Shown: positions 8,365 through 17,846 of the stretch, in pieces | Layout: each line of letters starts with the position of its first letter | How positions within the stretch are numbered: position 1 is the first letter of the stretch | NCBI RefSeq assembly: GCF_000145295.1 | Contig: NC_014408.1 | Coordinates: 690,001 to 722,000 of the forward strand | Length of the DNA: 32,000 nucleotides | Direction: 5' to 3' | Source of the DNA: Methanothermobacter marburgensis str. Marburg | Lineage (GTDB): Archaea > Methanobacteriota > Methanobacteria > Methanobacteriales > Methanothermobacteraceae | Position numbers and translations under genes: made by a program | Notes under the pieces: model-generated | The model's input: only the letters and a program-made list of their open reading frames with translations | Databases searched by the model: none | What the model was told of the DNA's origin: nothing

Positions 8365-9513
8365 GTGGAGCAAAAAATTCATGCAAATGTAGCGTTACTT
8401 TTATTTCCATGGGCTTCAGAGGCACCTTATATATTCGTGTCTGATATACTAAAAATAATTACCCCCATTTCTGGAAACATATATGTTATAACTGGTCATG
8501 AAGAAAGAATTAAATATGAAAATGAGAATGTTAATGTTCTGCCAGTTAAATTAAGTGTTCACTATGCAAAATTAAAAAACCCATTATGGTTTTCATACAT
8601 ATGGTGGATATTAAAATGTCTTTTAATCCAGTTAAACATGGGCTTTAACCTGCTTAAAGTGTCAAGAAGTGTTGATATCATCATTTACATGGCGTATCCC
8701 TTTAATTTATTACCTTTAATAATTGGAAAAATTTGCAGGAAAAAGAATGTTGAACTAGTGATAAGGTCTAAGGAAAAACATCACAACAGGTTATTGAATA
8801 TTTTTCTACAGATTAACAACATCTTAGATTTTAGATTAATGGATGGAATATCTCCTGAATCAAAGTCTATCATAAAAGACTTAGGTTTAGATAAGTATTC
8901 TGAAAAAATAGTGGGTGAATGCAGTAGATTTGTTAAAGTTGATAAAAATGTAAATTTAAAAGAGAGAAAAAATGTTGTAGGATTTATTGGACGTTTGAGA
9001 AAAGAAAAAGGAATAATTGAATTTATTAAATCGATTCCAATAATCCTAGAAAAAAGAAAGGACATCGAATTTTTGATTGTGGGCGATGGGGATCTGTCTG
9101 ACTGGGTTGAATCAGAAGTAAATGCTATCAAAAAAATCCACAATGTTAATATAAGATTTTTAGGATGGGTTTCAAGGGAAGACATATATGATGTTCTGAG
9201 TTCAATAAAATTACTTGTACTTCCTACTCATGCAGAAGGACTTCCAACAATTATTCTAGAAGCAATGGCTACTGGTACTCCAATATTAACAACAAATGTT
9301 GGCGGCATTCCTGACGTGATAGTTGATGGAAAGACGGGTTATATTCTAAAAAATAATTCACCTAACCATATTTCTAAATGTGTCTTAGATGCTCTAGAAG
9401 ATCCAAATTTAGAAAAGATAGTAGAGAATTCCAGACGAATTGTGAAAAAGAAATTCACATATGAAAGTGCAGTTAAAAGGTGGGAAAAAATTTTTAAAAC
9501 AGTATTAGAATAA
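8365..9513 (+). CDS. GT4 (GT-B fold) glycosyltransferase
   Basis: Motifs: VGFIGRLRKEKGI, FLIVGDGDL, LVLPTHAEGLPTIILEAMATGTPILTTNVGGIPDVIVDGKTGYIL. I prefer the GTG at 8365, just after the upstream stop at 8361-8363, over the ORF-track start at 8326. Confidence 0.8.
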   Translation: MEQKIHANVALLLFPWASEAPYIFVSDILKIITPISGNIYVITGHEERIKYENENVNVLPVKLSVHYAKLKNPLWFSYIWWILKCLLIQLNMGFNLLKVSRSVDIIIYMAYPFNLLPLIIGKICRKKNVELVIRSKEKHHNRLLNIFLQINNILDFRLMDGISPESKSIIKDLGLDKYSEKIVGECSRFVKVDKNVNLKERKNVVGFIGRLRKEKGIIEFIKSIPIILEKRKDIEFLIVGDGDLSDWVESEVNAIKKIHNVNIRFLGWVSREDIYDVLSSIKLLVLPTHAEGLPTIILEAMATGTPILTTNVGGIPDVIVDGKTGYILKNNSPNHISKCVLDALEDPNLEKIVENSRRIVKKKFTYESAVKRWEKIFKTVLE

Positions 9514-9626
9514 AGTTTTCATGATTTTGTCTGCTAATGTTATACTAAGAGGCAAAAATCTTGTTAAGTCAACATTGGAATGTGAAAAGTACCGTTAGTC
9601 AAGTTCAATAAATAAAGGTGCAATCT

Positions 9627-11738
9627 ATGATAAATATTTTCACAATGAATGACATCGATATAAAAAGCTTTCTACGGGTTGTTGCAGGAATTCAAATCTC
9701 GATGTTAGCTCTTATATATTTGGATATAAATGGAGTTCATATTCCTCTTTTAAGAGAGTTTATAGGTTTTTTATACCTTACATATTTACCTGGAGTTATC
9801 ATACTCAGAATTTTAAATCTACATGAGCTCGGAAATATTAAAACAGTCTTATATTCTTTTGGATTGAGTATTGCAACTTTGATGTTCCTTGGATTTTTCA
9901 TGAACGCATTCTTTCCACTTTTTGGAATTCTAAAGCCTATTTCATTGCCATATCTGCTAATTACTATAAGTCTCTTTGTTCTAGTTTCATGTTTGTTAAG
10001 TTATATAAAAGACAAAGACTTTTCTAACCCCCATTTTGTGAACATCCAACATATAATGTCTCAAAAAGCAATCTTTTTATTATGTTCAGTCCCATTTTTA
10101 GCGATTTTAGGAACATATGTAATGAACTTCTATAATGAAAATCTTTTTTCATTGATTTTCATAGGTTCAGTTATTATAATCTTATTTTTGGCTATTTCTG
10201 GTAAAATGCCAAATGAATTGCATCCTTTTGCGATTTTTATAGTTTCAATTTCCCTTTTATACCACACTACATTAATTTCGAATTATATATGGGGTTGGGA
10301 TGTTCATTATGAATATTATCTTGCTAATCTGGTGATAAAGGATTCTTTTTGGAATCCAAAGATTGCCCACACATATAATGCAATGTTAAGTATTGTAATG
10401 CTCTCGCCAATTTACTCGGAAATAATGGGTATAAATCTGATATGGGTATTTAAAATTATTTATCCTTTTTTGTTTTCGTTAGTACCTGTTGGATTATACT
10501 TAGTTTTCTACAAATTTTTGAGGGAAAGTAAAATTGCATTTTTATCGACCTTTTTTTTTGTTTCTATTTTTACATTTTATATGGAATTACCATACCTCTG
10601 CAGGCAACAAATTGCAGAATTATTTTTTGTCCTAATCATGTTGCTAATGATTGATGATACTCTGAAAAAACGAAAAAGGACGATCCTTTTTATAATATTT
10701 GCATTTTCGCTTGCATTATCTCATTATTCTCTTTCCTATCTTTTCATAATTTTCAGCAGTTGCGTTTTCTTTGTATCATTTTTATTAAATAAATTTAGTA
10801 ATAAAAAATTTGAATTAAAAACAATCACTTCATCTTTTATTTTATTATTCTTAGTATTTTCTCTAACCTGGTATATGTATATATCAAGTTCATACACCTT
10901 TGATATTATAATACAGATTGGAAACCATATAATTAATAGTATTTTCACCGACTTTTTGAACCCTGAAAAGGTCGAGGGGTTGAGACTAGCACTTAGTGAA
11001 GGCCGACCAACTTTATTAAGTATTGTTCACAGGGCACTTAATTATGCAAATCAATTTTTTATAATTTTAGGCTTTGCAACTGTCATATTATACAAAAAAC
11101 TAAAAGTTGATGAAGAATATATTTTATTTTCTGGCTTAAGTTTACTCTTGTTAATTGTTGGGATTTCAGTACCCTTTTTTGCGAGTTCCATATCCATGTC
11201 AAGACTATATCATATAACTCTATTTTTCTTGGCACCATTCTGTATAGTGGGGGGATATGTATTAATTAGGAAGTTTTTAACAAACAAAAAGAGCACAATA
11301 AAAGTGTTAGCTGTGTATTTCGCCATATTTTTTCTGTTTCAAAGTGGTTTTACCTATGAATTGTTTGAAGGTCAATCACACTCAATTGCATTAGATAGTA
11401 GTAAAGATTATCCAGTATATAATCAGAGGGAAATTTCTGGCGCTAAATGGCTAGCTAAATTGAATGAAAATAAAATGATAATCGTCGATGATTATCGATA
11501 TCCATTGTTGACAGGTATTGAAGAAAAGGAAAAAATCGGCAATTTTCCTTTGAAAACCTCCGAAATTCCACAAGATTCCTATTTATATTTTGGGGCCTTT
11601 AACATAAAGAAGGGCGAAATACTTGTCGGAGAATACATGAGTCAAAGATTTGTTAAAGAAAGATACCTTAGATTGGCTGAAACTATTGTTAATAGAGATA
11701 AAATTTATGATAACGGCGGCGCATCGATTTATTATTAG
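9627..11738 (+). CDS. Large polytopic membrane protein with C-terminal soluble domain; candidate Wzy-type polymerase or GT-C-like enzyme (reminiscent of archaeal DUF2206 proteins)
   Basis: ORF of about 700 aa with many hydrophobic helices over about 580 aa, then a hydrophilic tail (DSSKDYPVYNQREISGAKW...). ATG 9627 follows the SD-like AAAGGTG. It sits in a Wzx-containing cluster that otherwise lacks a polymerase. The family name is from memory only. Confidence 0.55.
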   Translation: MINIFTMNDIDIKSFLRVVAGIQISMLALIYLDINGVHIPLLREFIGFLYLTYLPGVIILRILNLHELGNIKTVLYSFGLSIATLMFLGFFMNAFFPLFGILKPISLPYLLITISLFVLVSCLLSYIKDKDFSNPHFVNIQHIMSQKAIFLLCSVPFLAILGTYVMNFYNENLFSLIFIGSVIIILFLAISGKMPNELHPFAIFIVSISLLYHTTLISNYIWGWDVHYEYYLANLVIKDSFWNPKIAHTYNAMLSIVMLSPIYSEIMGINLIWVFKIIYPFLFSLVPVGLYLVFYKFLRESKIAFLSTFFFVSIFTFYMELPYLCRQQIAELFFVLIMLLMIDDTLKKRKRTILFIIFAFSLALSHYSLSYLFIIFSSCVFFVSFLLNKFSNKKFELKTITSSFILLFLVFSLTWYMYISSSYTFDIIIQIGNHIINSIFTDFLNPEKVEGLRLALSEGRPTLLSIVHRALNYANQFFIILGFATVILYKKLKVDEEYILFSGLSLLLLIVGISVPFFASSISMSRLYHITLFFLAPFCIVGGYVLIRKFLTNKKSTIKVLAVYFAIFFLFQSGFTYELFEGQSHSIALDSSKDYPVYNQREISGAKWLAKLNENKMIIVDDYRYPLLTGIEEKEKIGNFPLKTSEIPQDSYLYFGAFNIKKGEILVGEYMSQRFVKERYLRLAETIVNRDKIYDNGGASIYY

Positions 11739-11820
11739 GTTTATTATTAGAATACTAACTCTAAATGTAATTAAGTATCTGATAAAGTGTATATGAAGAG
11801 TTGTGTAAATAGAAATCAAT

Positions 11821-12978
11821 ATGAAGAAGGTGGTTTTGATAATGAAAGTTCTTTATTTACCATTTAACCTACCATTAGATTATACAGTACAACTTGCTAA
11901 TGCCATTACAAAATACTGTGAAGCTTCAATATTGGTGTTTGACACACCACAACAAAGGGGAGAATTTAGTGAATTGTCGGTTTCCCCAAGAGTGAACGTA
12001 ATATGGACAGATAAAGTTAAATTTCCAGTTTTCCACCCATATAACATTAAGGTGTTTTTTAAACTCATAAAAAAAATAAAATCTGAAAATTATAACATAA
12101 TACATATACAAGAATGCAGGTTGCTTAATTTATTTATTGTTATTGTATTAAAAATAGTCAGTAATTTTAAGCTCGTAACGACAATCCATGATGTAAACTT
12201 TCACCCTGGTGAAGAGAAAATCACTACTAAATTTGCCAAATTTTTTTTTGAAAGACTTTCTGATGTTATATTTGTTCATGGAGAGAAATTAAAAAAAGAA
12301 TTAGAGAAAAACGTAAAAAAGAATAAAATTTTTGTGATTCCGATGATAGGGCATAATATATCGCCTATGGAGAGATATATAGAGGATTTTGATGACTCGA
12401 AAATTAGTGATGAAAATATAATACTATTTTTCGGCAGAATTGGTTATTATAAAGGTCTTGAATATCTCATTAAAGCCTCTGAGGTTGTCAAAAAAGTTGT
12501 TCCAGATATTAAAGTCATAATTGCAGGTAGAGTTGAGAAAGGAAAATATGATATTACAAATTTCAATAAAATAAAAAAAATGATCAAAAATAAAGATTAT
12601 TTCGAACTCCATCCTTATTACATTTCTTGGAAGTATGCTACAGAACTTTTTATAAAGTCAAAAATCGTAGTACTACCCTATATTGAAGGTTCCCAAACTG
12701 GAGTGGTTCCAGTTGCATATAGATTCAAAAAACCTGTAATTGCTACAGATGTTGGTGCTTTATCAGAAATCGTGGAAAATGGTAAAACAGGTTATATCGT
12801 ACCTCCAAAAGATTTTAAAGCTATTGCAGATAAAATAATAAAATTAATAAAGAACGATGAACTTAGACTAAAAATGGGAAAAGAAGGTTATAAGAAACTT
12901 AAAGATGATCTTTCACCTAATACTGTGGCAAGCATTACGGTAAGAGTTTACAAAAGCATAAATAATCAGTTTCTATAG
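11821..12978 (+). CDS. GT4 (GT-B fold) glycosyltransferase
   Basis: 385-aa ORF with FFGRIGYYKGLEYLI, VIIAGR and VLPYIEGSQTGVVPVAYRFKKPVIATDVGALSEIVENGKTGYIVPP. The true start may be ATG 11842. Confidence 0.8.
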   Translation: MKKVVLIMKVLYLPFNLPLDYTVQLANAITKYCEASILVFDTPQQRGEFSELSVSPRVNVIWTDKVKFPVFHPYNIKVFFKLIKKIKSENYNIIHIQECRLLNLFIVIVLKIVSNFKLVTTIHDVNFHPGEEKITTKFAKFFFERLSDVIFVHGEKLKKELEKNVKKNKIFVIPMIGHNISPMERYIEDFDDSKISDENIILFFGRIGYYKGLEYLIKASEVVKKVVPDIKVIIAGRVEKGKYDITNFNKIKKMIKNKDYFELHPYYISWKYATELFIKSKIVVLPYIEGSQTGVVPVAYRFKKPVIATDVGALSEIVENGKTGYIVPPKDFKAIADKIIKLIKNDELRLKMGKEGYKKLKDDLSPNTVASITVRVYKSINNQFL

Positions 12979-13692
12979 ATATTTTCTAGAAAGTTTTATA
13001 TTTTAGAGTTTTTCTTAGCAATATTCTAATCCATCTTAGAGTATAAACTTTTTTAACTAAATTATGTGGGTTTTAACATGGATAGTATGTAAATGAGCAT
13101 TTACACCAAAAGGAGGGATTCATTGAATAGAACACTCACCATCTAGGACACGTTCAAGCTCAGCGTCATAAATCCGGTGACCGTCCATTTGATAAAGTCA
13201 AGTTTGATAGTGATAGCCTTGAGCTGAAAGGATCACCGTGACATTCATTTTAAGCCGAGGTAATATTGTCCAAATTATTCAATATAGACATCATTGCCAA
13301 TTTTTATAACATGAGTTGAATATCATTTCTTTTGTTTTTAAAAAAAGTATATCAATTTCTTCCACTTTTGCATTACTTTTGAAAAGCTAGAATTGAAGTT
13401 TTCAAAATTTCATTGGATAGGTTCAATCGAGGTTAATTCACACAATTTCATTTGCTTTTTATTTACCCTCAATTGCCATATCTAAAAGCGTTGAATAACC
13501 TGCTATCTCCACATTCTTGTGGCTTAAGTGATGAATCATACAATATAAGATTTCAGCTTCTACGTGGCTAAAATTAGTCGGGTAATTCATGAGGTTCGTT
13601 GTTTTATTTTTTGGAAAAGCAAAATATTCACTCTTAAATAAAATTTATCTATTTCTTCATATATCAACTCTATTAGCTCAGATCTCTTAATG

Positions 13693-14952
13693 CTATAATA
13701 TTCTTTGGTTTTTTAGTGAATTGTAAATTAAAGAGAGTATAATGAAATTTGTTATAACGAAAGCTATGGCCGGACCTTTTACTGATAAAAAATATATAAA
13801 TACAAAAAGAAGAACCAAATGGATTACGCTTGCAGTAAAATATATCTTTCCGAACTCCTCTGCGCGACCAAAGGCGAGGAGTCCTTGAAGACCCATTATT
13901 GTACTAATACCCGCCGGCAACAGAATTAGTGATAGTATTTGTAGCAAGGATACGCTTACTGCATATCTACGCCCTGCAAATATATTTATAATAAATGGTG
14001 CCGAAAAGATTAGAAAAATTGATAGAAACAACGATAAAAATGACATTATAATTATTATTTTTTTAAATTCATATTTTGCTCTTTCTTTGTTTTTTGATTG
14101 AATTCTTGAAAAATAGGGATACATGGCTTGGCTAACACTATTTAATAAACTTTGAAATGCTTTTGTTATCTCTTCCGCGACAGAATAATATGCAACCACT
14201 TCACTGCTCACGAAGAGTCCTAAAACAAATCTGTTTGAAATCGTACAAACACTTATCGATATTGAGGATATAAACAAAAACCACCCATCTGTTAATTGTT
14301 TTTTGATTTTGTTAAGAGATGGCTTTATAAATTTTACTCTAAATTTTCTACTAATGATTATCTGACTATATGCTCCTACTGTAATAAGAGCTAATGAGTT
14401 TATGAGAGGCACATAAATGTAATCATTAGAACCTTTTACAAATATGAAGATAAAAATGGTAGCTATAGTCGAAGAGAGAATTCTTAGGATTGTTATATAT
14501 CTCATTTTTTCGATACCTTGGAAAAACCAGACGGGAAATAAAACATTACCTAATACTATCCCAAAAGTTATAAAATAAAGCCAATAATCTGTTTTGAAAA
14601 TGTTGATGGAAAAAACAATTACTAATAATATAAAAAAACTGATAAACATTAATATTATTTTAGCTACCATTATGGAATTATATATCTCAGATATTTCTTC
14701 TTCATTATCTCGATGTATTGATATGTCTCTTGGAGCCGAGTAATTAAATCCGTATTCTGTCAAAAAATTTAAATATGCTATGAATGCGGTTGCAAAAGCG
14801 ATTTTTCCAAATTTAGAAGGCCCTAGAACTCTTGTAAGGTAAGGGAATGTTATAAGTGGTATGAGGTATTGTAACATCTGTATCCCTGTGAGCGAAAATA
14901 TGTTGTCCAGCACTCTCCGGTATTCACTGTTTTCAAGTATCCGTCTGATCAT
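13693..14952 (-). CDS. Wzx/RfbX-type polysaccharide flippase (MOP superfamily), island copy
   Basis: 419-aa multi-pass membrane ORF. Its N-terminus NIFSLTGIQMLQYLIPLITFPYLTRVLGPSKFGKIAF is the typical Polysacc_synt signature. The composition is AT-rich. Confidence 0.8.
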   Translation of the reverse strand: MIRRILENSEYRRVLDNIFSLTGIQMLQYLIPLITFPYLTRVLGPSKFGKIAFATAFIAYLNFLTEYGFNYSAPRDISIHRDNEEEISEIYNSIMVAKIILMFISFFILLVIVFSINIFKTDYWLYFITFGIVLGNVLFPVWFFQGIEKMRYITILRILSSTIATIFIFIFVKGSNDYIYVPLINSLALITVGAYSQIIISRKFRVKFIKPSLNKIKKQLTDGWFLFISSISISVCTISNRFVLGLFVSSEVVAYYSVAEEITKAFQSLLNSVSQAMYPYFSRIQSKNKERAKYEFKKIIIIMSFLSLFLSIFLIFSAPFIINIFAGRRYAVSVSLLQILSLILLPAGISTIMGLQGLLAFGRAEEFGKIYFTASVIHLVLLFVFIYFLSVKGPAIAFVITNFIILSLIYNSLKNQRIL

Positions 14953-15054
14953 CCATTCACCCTCAAATCCATTACTTTTATTCTCTCTGTAAACTCATCG
15001 TATAAACCCATCTCATACGAAAAATTTAAATATTATTACTTAATACTTTATCTT

Positions 15055-15366
15055 ATGAAAATCATAAACATTGTCTCCTGCCTTGAGGATGGCAACGTTA
15101 TTGAGTGCGGCGGAAATGCCCTCGAGGCCTACCAGGGGATACTGGAGGCCATTAAGGGGGGTGAAATCACCACTGGGGCCACACTGGTATACCTGGTAAC
15201 ACCCATGCCCCTCAAGGCGGGGGTCCTCCAGATACTCAGGGTCCATAAACCAGGGGCCAGTGAGAAGCTAACCGTAACCGAGATAATGAATGAGATGGCA
15301 TCAAGCAGGGGCGACACATGGGTCTTCATGGACCCATTTCACCTAATTAAGGATGATTGGACATAA
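15055..15366 (+). CDS. Hypothetical protein (native-composition orphan between two AT-rich patches)
   Basis: 103-aa ORF with G/C-rich third codon positions and AGG/ATA usage like the core genes. No family was recognised. The overlapping minus-strand ORF 15040..15246 is less codon-like. Confidence 0.4.
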   Translation: MKIINIVSCLEDGNVIECGGNALEAYQGILEAIKGGEITTGATLVYLVTPMPLKAGVLQILRVHKPGASEKLTVTEIMNEMASSRGDTWVFMDPFHLIKDDWT

Positions 15367-15685
15367 AACATAGTTAAAAATCTGTGCAATCTCGTAGGAT
15401 CAATATTCCTCACTATCCGTTGGATCTCGTTCATAAATCACCATAATGTAAAATTACTATGTGTTGAAATAAAAGTTAACTTCAATTATTCCTATTGTAG
15501 CTTCCTTTTATCTCCGTTTGATCGTATAACTATACTTAAATGCTCAGATTTCTGAAAAAATGCACTAATCTGGTGAATGATCATTAACTTATTTTTTAAG
15601 CACACACATAATAGGCACAATTTAAAGCCTCATCATTTAAAGATTCTTTCAAGGTCTTCACGAAACTTCAGAGGTTCGTTTTTTA

Positions 15686-16006
15686 TTAATCTTCTATAAT
15701 CGTTGAACTTTCATGGTTCTCCTCAAAGTTCTCAAGACAGTCCAGAATCTTTTTGATAACACCACCCATATCTTTACCGGTATCAAATTTGAATTCGTCT
15801 GGAATAGGCACATCAGGACCTGAAGCAGATCCCCTCTTACCTACAATTGCACAGCAACCCAGAATAGCAGCTTCTCGTGGTATCCTGTCCTTTCCAGGGT
15901 GATTGCCAAAGTCGATGTAAACCTTAGCCCTCTGGAGTTCCCTGATCACTTCATCCCGTGTCATGTTTATAATTGGCTTGAAATTTAATTCCCTGGCCTT
16001 TTTCAT
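15686..16006 (-). CDS. C-terminal part of a split glycosyltransferase-like protein
   Basis: 106-aa ORF containing VYIDFGNHPGKDRIPREAAILGCCAIVGKRGSA, which looks like the nucleotide-sugar-binding half of a GT-B C-domain. Its ATG overlaps the stop of 16003..16671 (ATGA). Confidence 0.5.
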   Translation of the reverse strand: MKKARELNFKPIINMTRDEVIRELQRAKVYIDFGNHPGKDRIPREAAILGCCAIVGKRGSASGPDVPIPDEFKFDTGKDMGGVIKKILDCLENFEENHESSTIIED

Positions 16007-16671
16007 GAGGATTGAGGTAATTTGTAGCCTTTACGGGGATTATAAAGAATTATGTCTTCTTTATTTTTAAGGTCAGTTTTTATCTTCAGAAAATCTTCAT
16101 TCAGGTAATCTGAGAGGTATTCTACATTTTTTATTCCATGTCTCTTAAGGTAATTCATTGCGTAATGGGACTGTGCAAGATGCATATACGCTGATGAAAC
16201 CGTTTCGTCATTAATAAGCTCATAGTCCTTGTGTTTCTCCATAGCAATTTCTGGGAGTTCAAATATCTCTCTCTTTAAAAACATGTGGGCTAAATAATTT
16301 AGTCTGCCTCGCCAGCCCTTAATGACTGAATCGTTTTCGAGTTTTGATATGTAGAAATTATCGATGCTGAGCCACCAGATAACCTTCCTGATTCTTTCAT
16401 AATTATCAATAACACGCATTAGACCTACAACTTCAGGTACTATGAGGATGTTCTTCTCTGAATCTTCAATTTTATTAACATAGGGAACAGCATATTTCCT
16501 ATATTCTGGGTGTACGGGAGCCTCGTGGTCTTCAGGCTGATAGAACATGTATGCATCCATTTTAAGGTCATTTCTAAGGTGAAAACAGAGTTGATGTAGT
16601 AATTCCGGACCTCCCGTTGCTCTACCAGCCGGTGCAACGATGTAAATCCTGGTATCACTGTAAACCTTCAC
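16003..16671 (-). CDS. N-terminal part of a split glycosyltransferase-like protein
   Basis: 222-aa ORF with a GTG start 2 nt after the stop of the upstream glf-like stub. RIYIVAPAGRATGGPELLHQL resembles a GT-B N-domain glycine loop. The ORF ends just after DIILYNPRKG, the expected first strand of the C-domain. Confidence 0.5.
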   Translation of the reverse strand: MKVYSDTRIYIVAPAGRATGGPELLHQLCFHLRNDLKMDAYMFYQPEDHEAPVHPEYRKYAVPYVNKIEDSEKNILIVPEVVGLMRVIDNYERIRKVIWWLSIDNFYISKLENDSVIKGWRGRLNYLAHMFLKREIFELPEIAMEKHKDYELINDETVSSAYMHLAQSHYAMNYLKRHGIKNVEYLSDYLNEDFLKIKTDLKNKEDIILYNPRKGYKLPQSS

Positions 16672-16672
16672 C

Positions 16673-16876
16673 TTATCTCCCCCTCACTACCTCAAGGGCC
16701 CTCTTTACCACGTTGTCCATATCATAGTAGCGATACCCTATAAGTCCTTCAAGAAGTGCCAAATCCATAAATTGCTTAGTGGACATATAAACCATACCAT
16801 AGTCCCTTTTCAGTTTAAAATCAACCATAAAGTATCCTCTTCGGTTTTTCGTTATCAAAAATTCCTCTAAATCCAT
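16673..16876 (-). pseudogene. glf: Relic of the 3' end of a UDP-galactopyranose mutase gene (diverged, lower G+C copy)
   Basis: The 67-aa ORF ends ..LLEGLIGYRYYDMDNVVKRALEV, matching the Glf C-terminal signature (GRLxxYxYxDMDxxIxxAL). It shares about 45/50 nt with the second stub (16690-16739 vs 17866-17915) and overlaps the 3' end of the GT2 gene. Confidence 0.45.
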
Positions 16877-17846
16877 CCATATATGCGTTTAGAATGAATT
16901 TTACCCTCCTCAAGATATTCTCACCGCTTATAAGCTGACCCCCAATTGAAAGTGGGATGGCCTTTAGGAGGAAAAGGTAGAATCTCCACCACTTCATGTT
17001 CATTTTACGAAGCCAGACAGAATTCCTGACACCATAATATCTTAACCAGAGCCTATCATAGGGTACCATGGGGACATCCTTCCCGAGGATCCTCCTTGAC
17101 CCACTATTCACCATTGCACCGTCCTTGTGGAGGATGGGGCTTCCAGGTATGAGTAGGATATCACCCTTCCTCCTCAACCTCAAAGAGTACTCAACATCAT
17201 CGAAGTGCAGGAAGAAGTCGGCCCGTGGGAAACCAACATATTCAACCGCCTTAAGGTTAACAAGAAGGCCCACAAATGAGGCATGATCAATTTCAACACA
17301 ATCCTCCTTGAGGTCGTCAGGTGAAACCGGCTGAACCATATCACCGAAACCTTCAAAGTCAAAGAAGCCCCTGTGTCTAAACTGGGGGTTCCCGTCAGGG
17401 GAGACCTTTAGATTAGCCAGGGCAACAACACCATCTGAAGCATATACAAGTAATTTCTCAAGGCTATCGGGTAGTGGTTCTGCATCATCATCCATTAGCC
17501 AGATCCAGTCGTATCCGTCCTGGTAGGCTCTTTTGACTCCTTCGTGGAATCCTCCTGCTCCGCCGGTGTTTTCTGGTAGTCTTATGTGGGTGACCCTGAT
17601 TTCTTTCTGGTTTTTGGGTGTTTTCAGGGTTAGTGTTCCTCCCTCTGGGCTGGGGGTGTAGCCTTCCTGGTGGAGGAGTTCTGGTGTTCCATCAGTTGAG
17701 GCGTTGTCTATTATATATATGGCCTGGAGGGGTCTTGTCTGCTTCATGAGTGCCTCCAGGCATTCCATGAGCAGCTCCTTACGGTTGTAGGTTACCACGA
17801 CTGCAGCCACCCTCACATCACCGGAAACATCCCTGGAGGTCATCAT
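16821..17846 (-). CDS. GT2 glycosyltransferase (putative galactofuranosyl/rhamnosyl transferase)
   Basis: 341-aa ORF with VAAVVVTYNRKELLMECLEAL, IIDNASTDGT and the DDD motif WLMDDDAEP. Its ATG overlaps the stop of the glf stub (ATGA at 17843-17846). Confidence 0.8.
   Translation of the reverse strand: MMTSRDVSGDVRVAAVVVTYNRKELLMECLEALMKQTRPLQAIYIIDNASTDGTPELLHQEGYTPSPEGGTLTLKTPKNQKEIRVTHIRLPENTGGAGGFHEGVKRAYQDGYDWIWLMDDDAEPLPDSLEKLLVYASDGVVALANLKVSPDGNPQFRHRGFFDFEGFGDMVQPVSPDDLKEDCVEIDHASFVGLLVNLKAVEYVGFPRADFFLHFDDVEYSLRLRRKGDILLIPGSPILHKDGAMVNSGSRRILGKDVPMVPYDRLWLRYYGVRNSVWLRKMNMKWWRFYLFLLKAIPLSIGGQLISGENILRRVKFILNAYMDGFRGIFDNEKPKRILYG

Noticed and set aside
2090-15070. Searched the island borders for att-like direct repeats, tRNA targets, and integrase, transposase or IS ends.
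   Set aside because: I saw nothing beyond trivial AT-rich similarity (ATTTAAA on both sides). I therefore do not call a mobile element. The island is reported only as a compositional and gene-content anomaly.
15040-15246. Minus-strand ORF (68 aa) overlapping the 15055..15366 plus-strand ORF.
   Set aside because: The plus-strand frame is longer, has G/C-biased third positions and uses AGG/ATA like the core genes. The minus-strand ORF looks like its shadow. Neither could be assigned a family, so confidence remains low.
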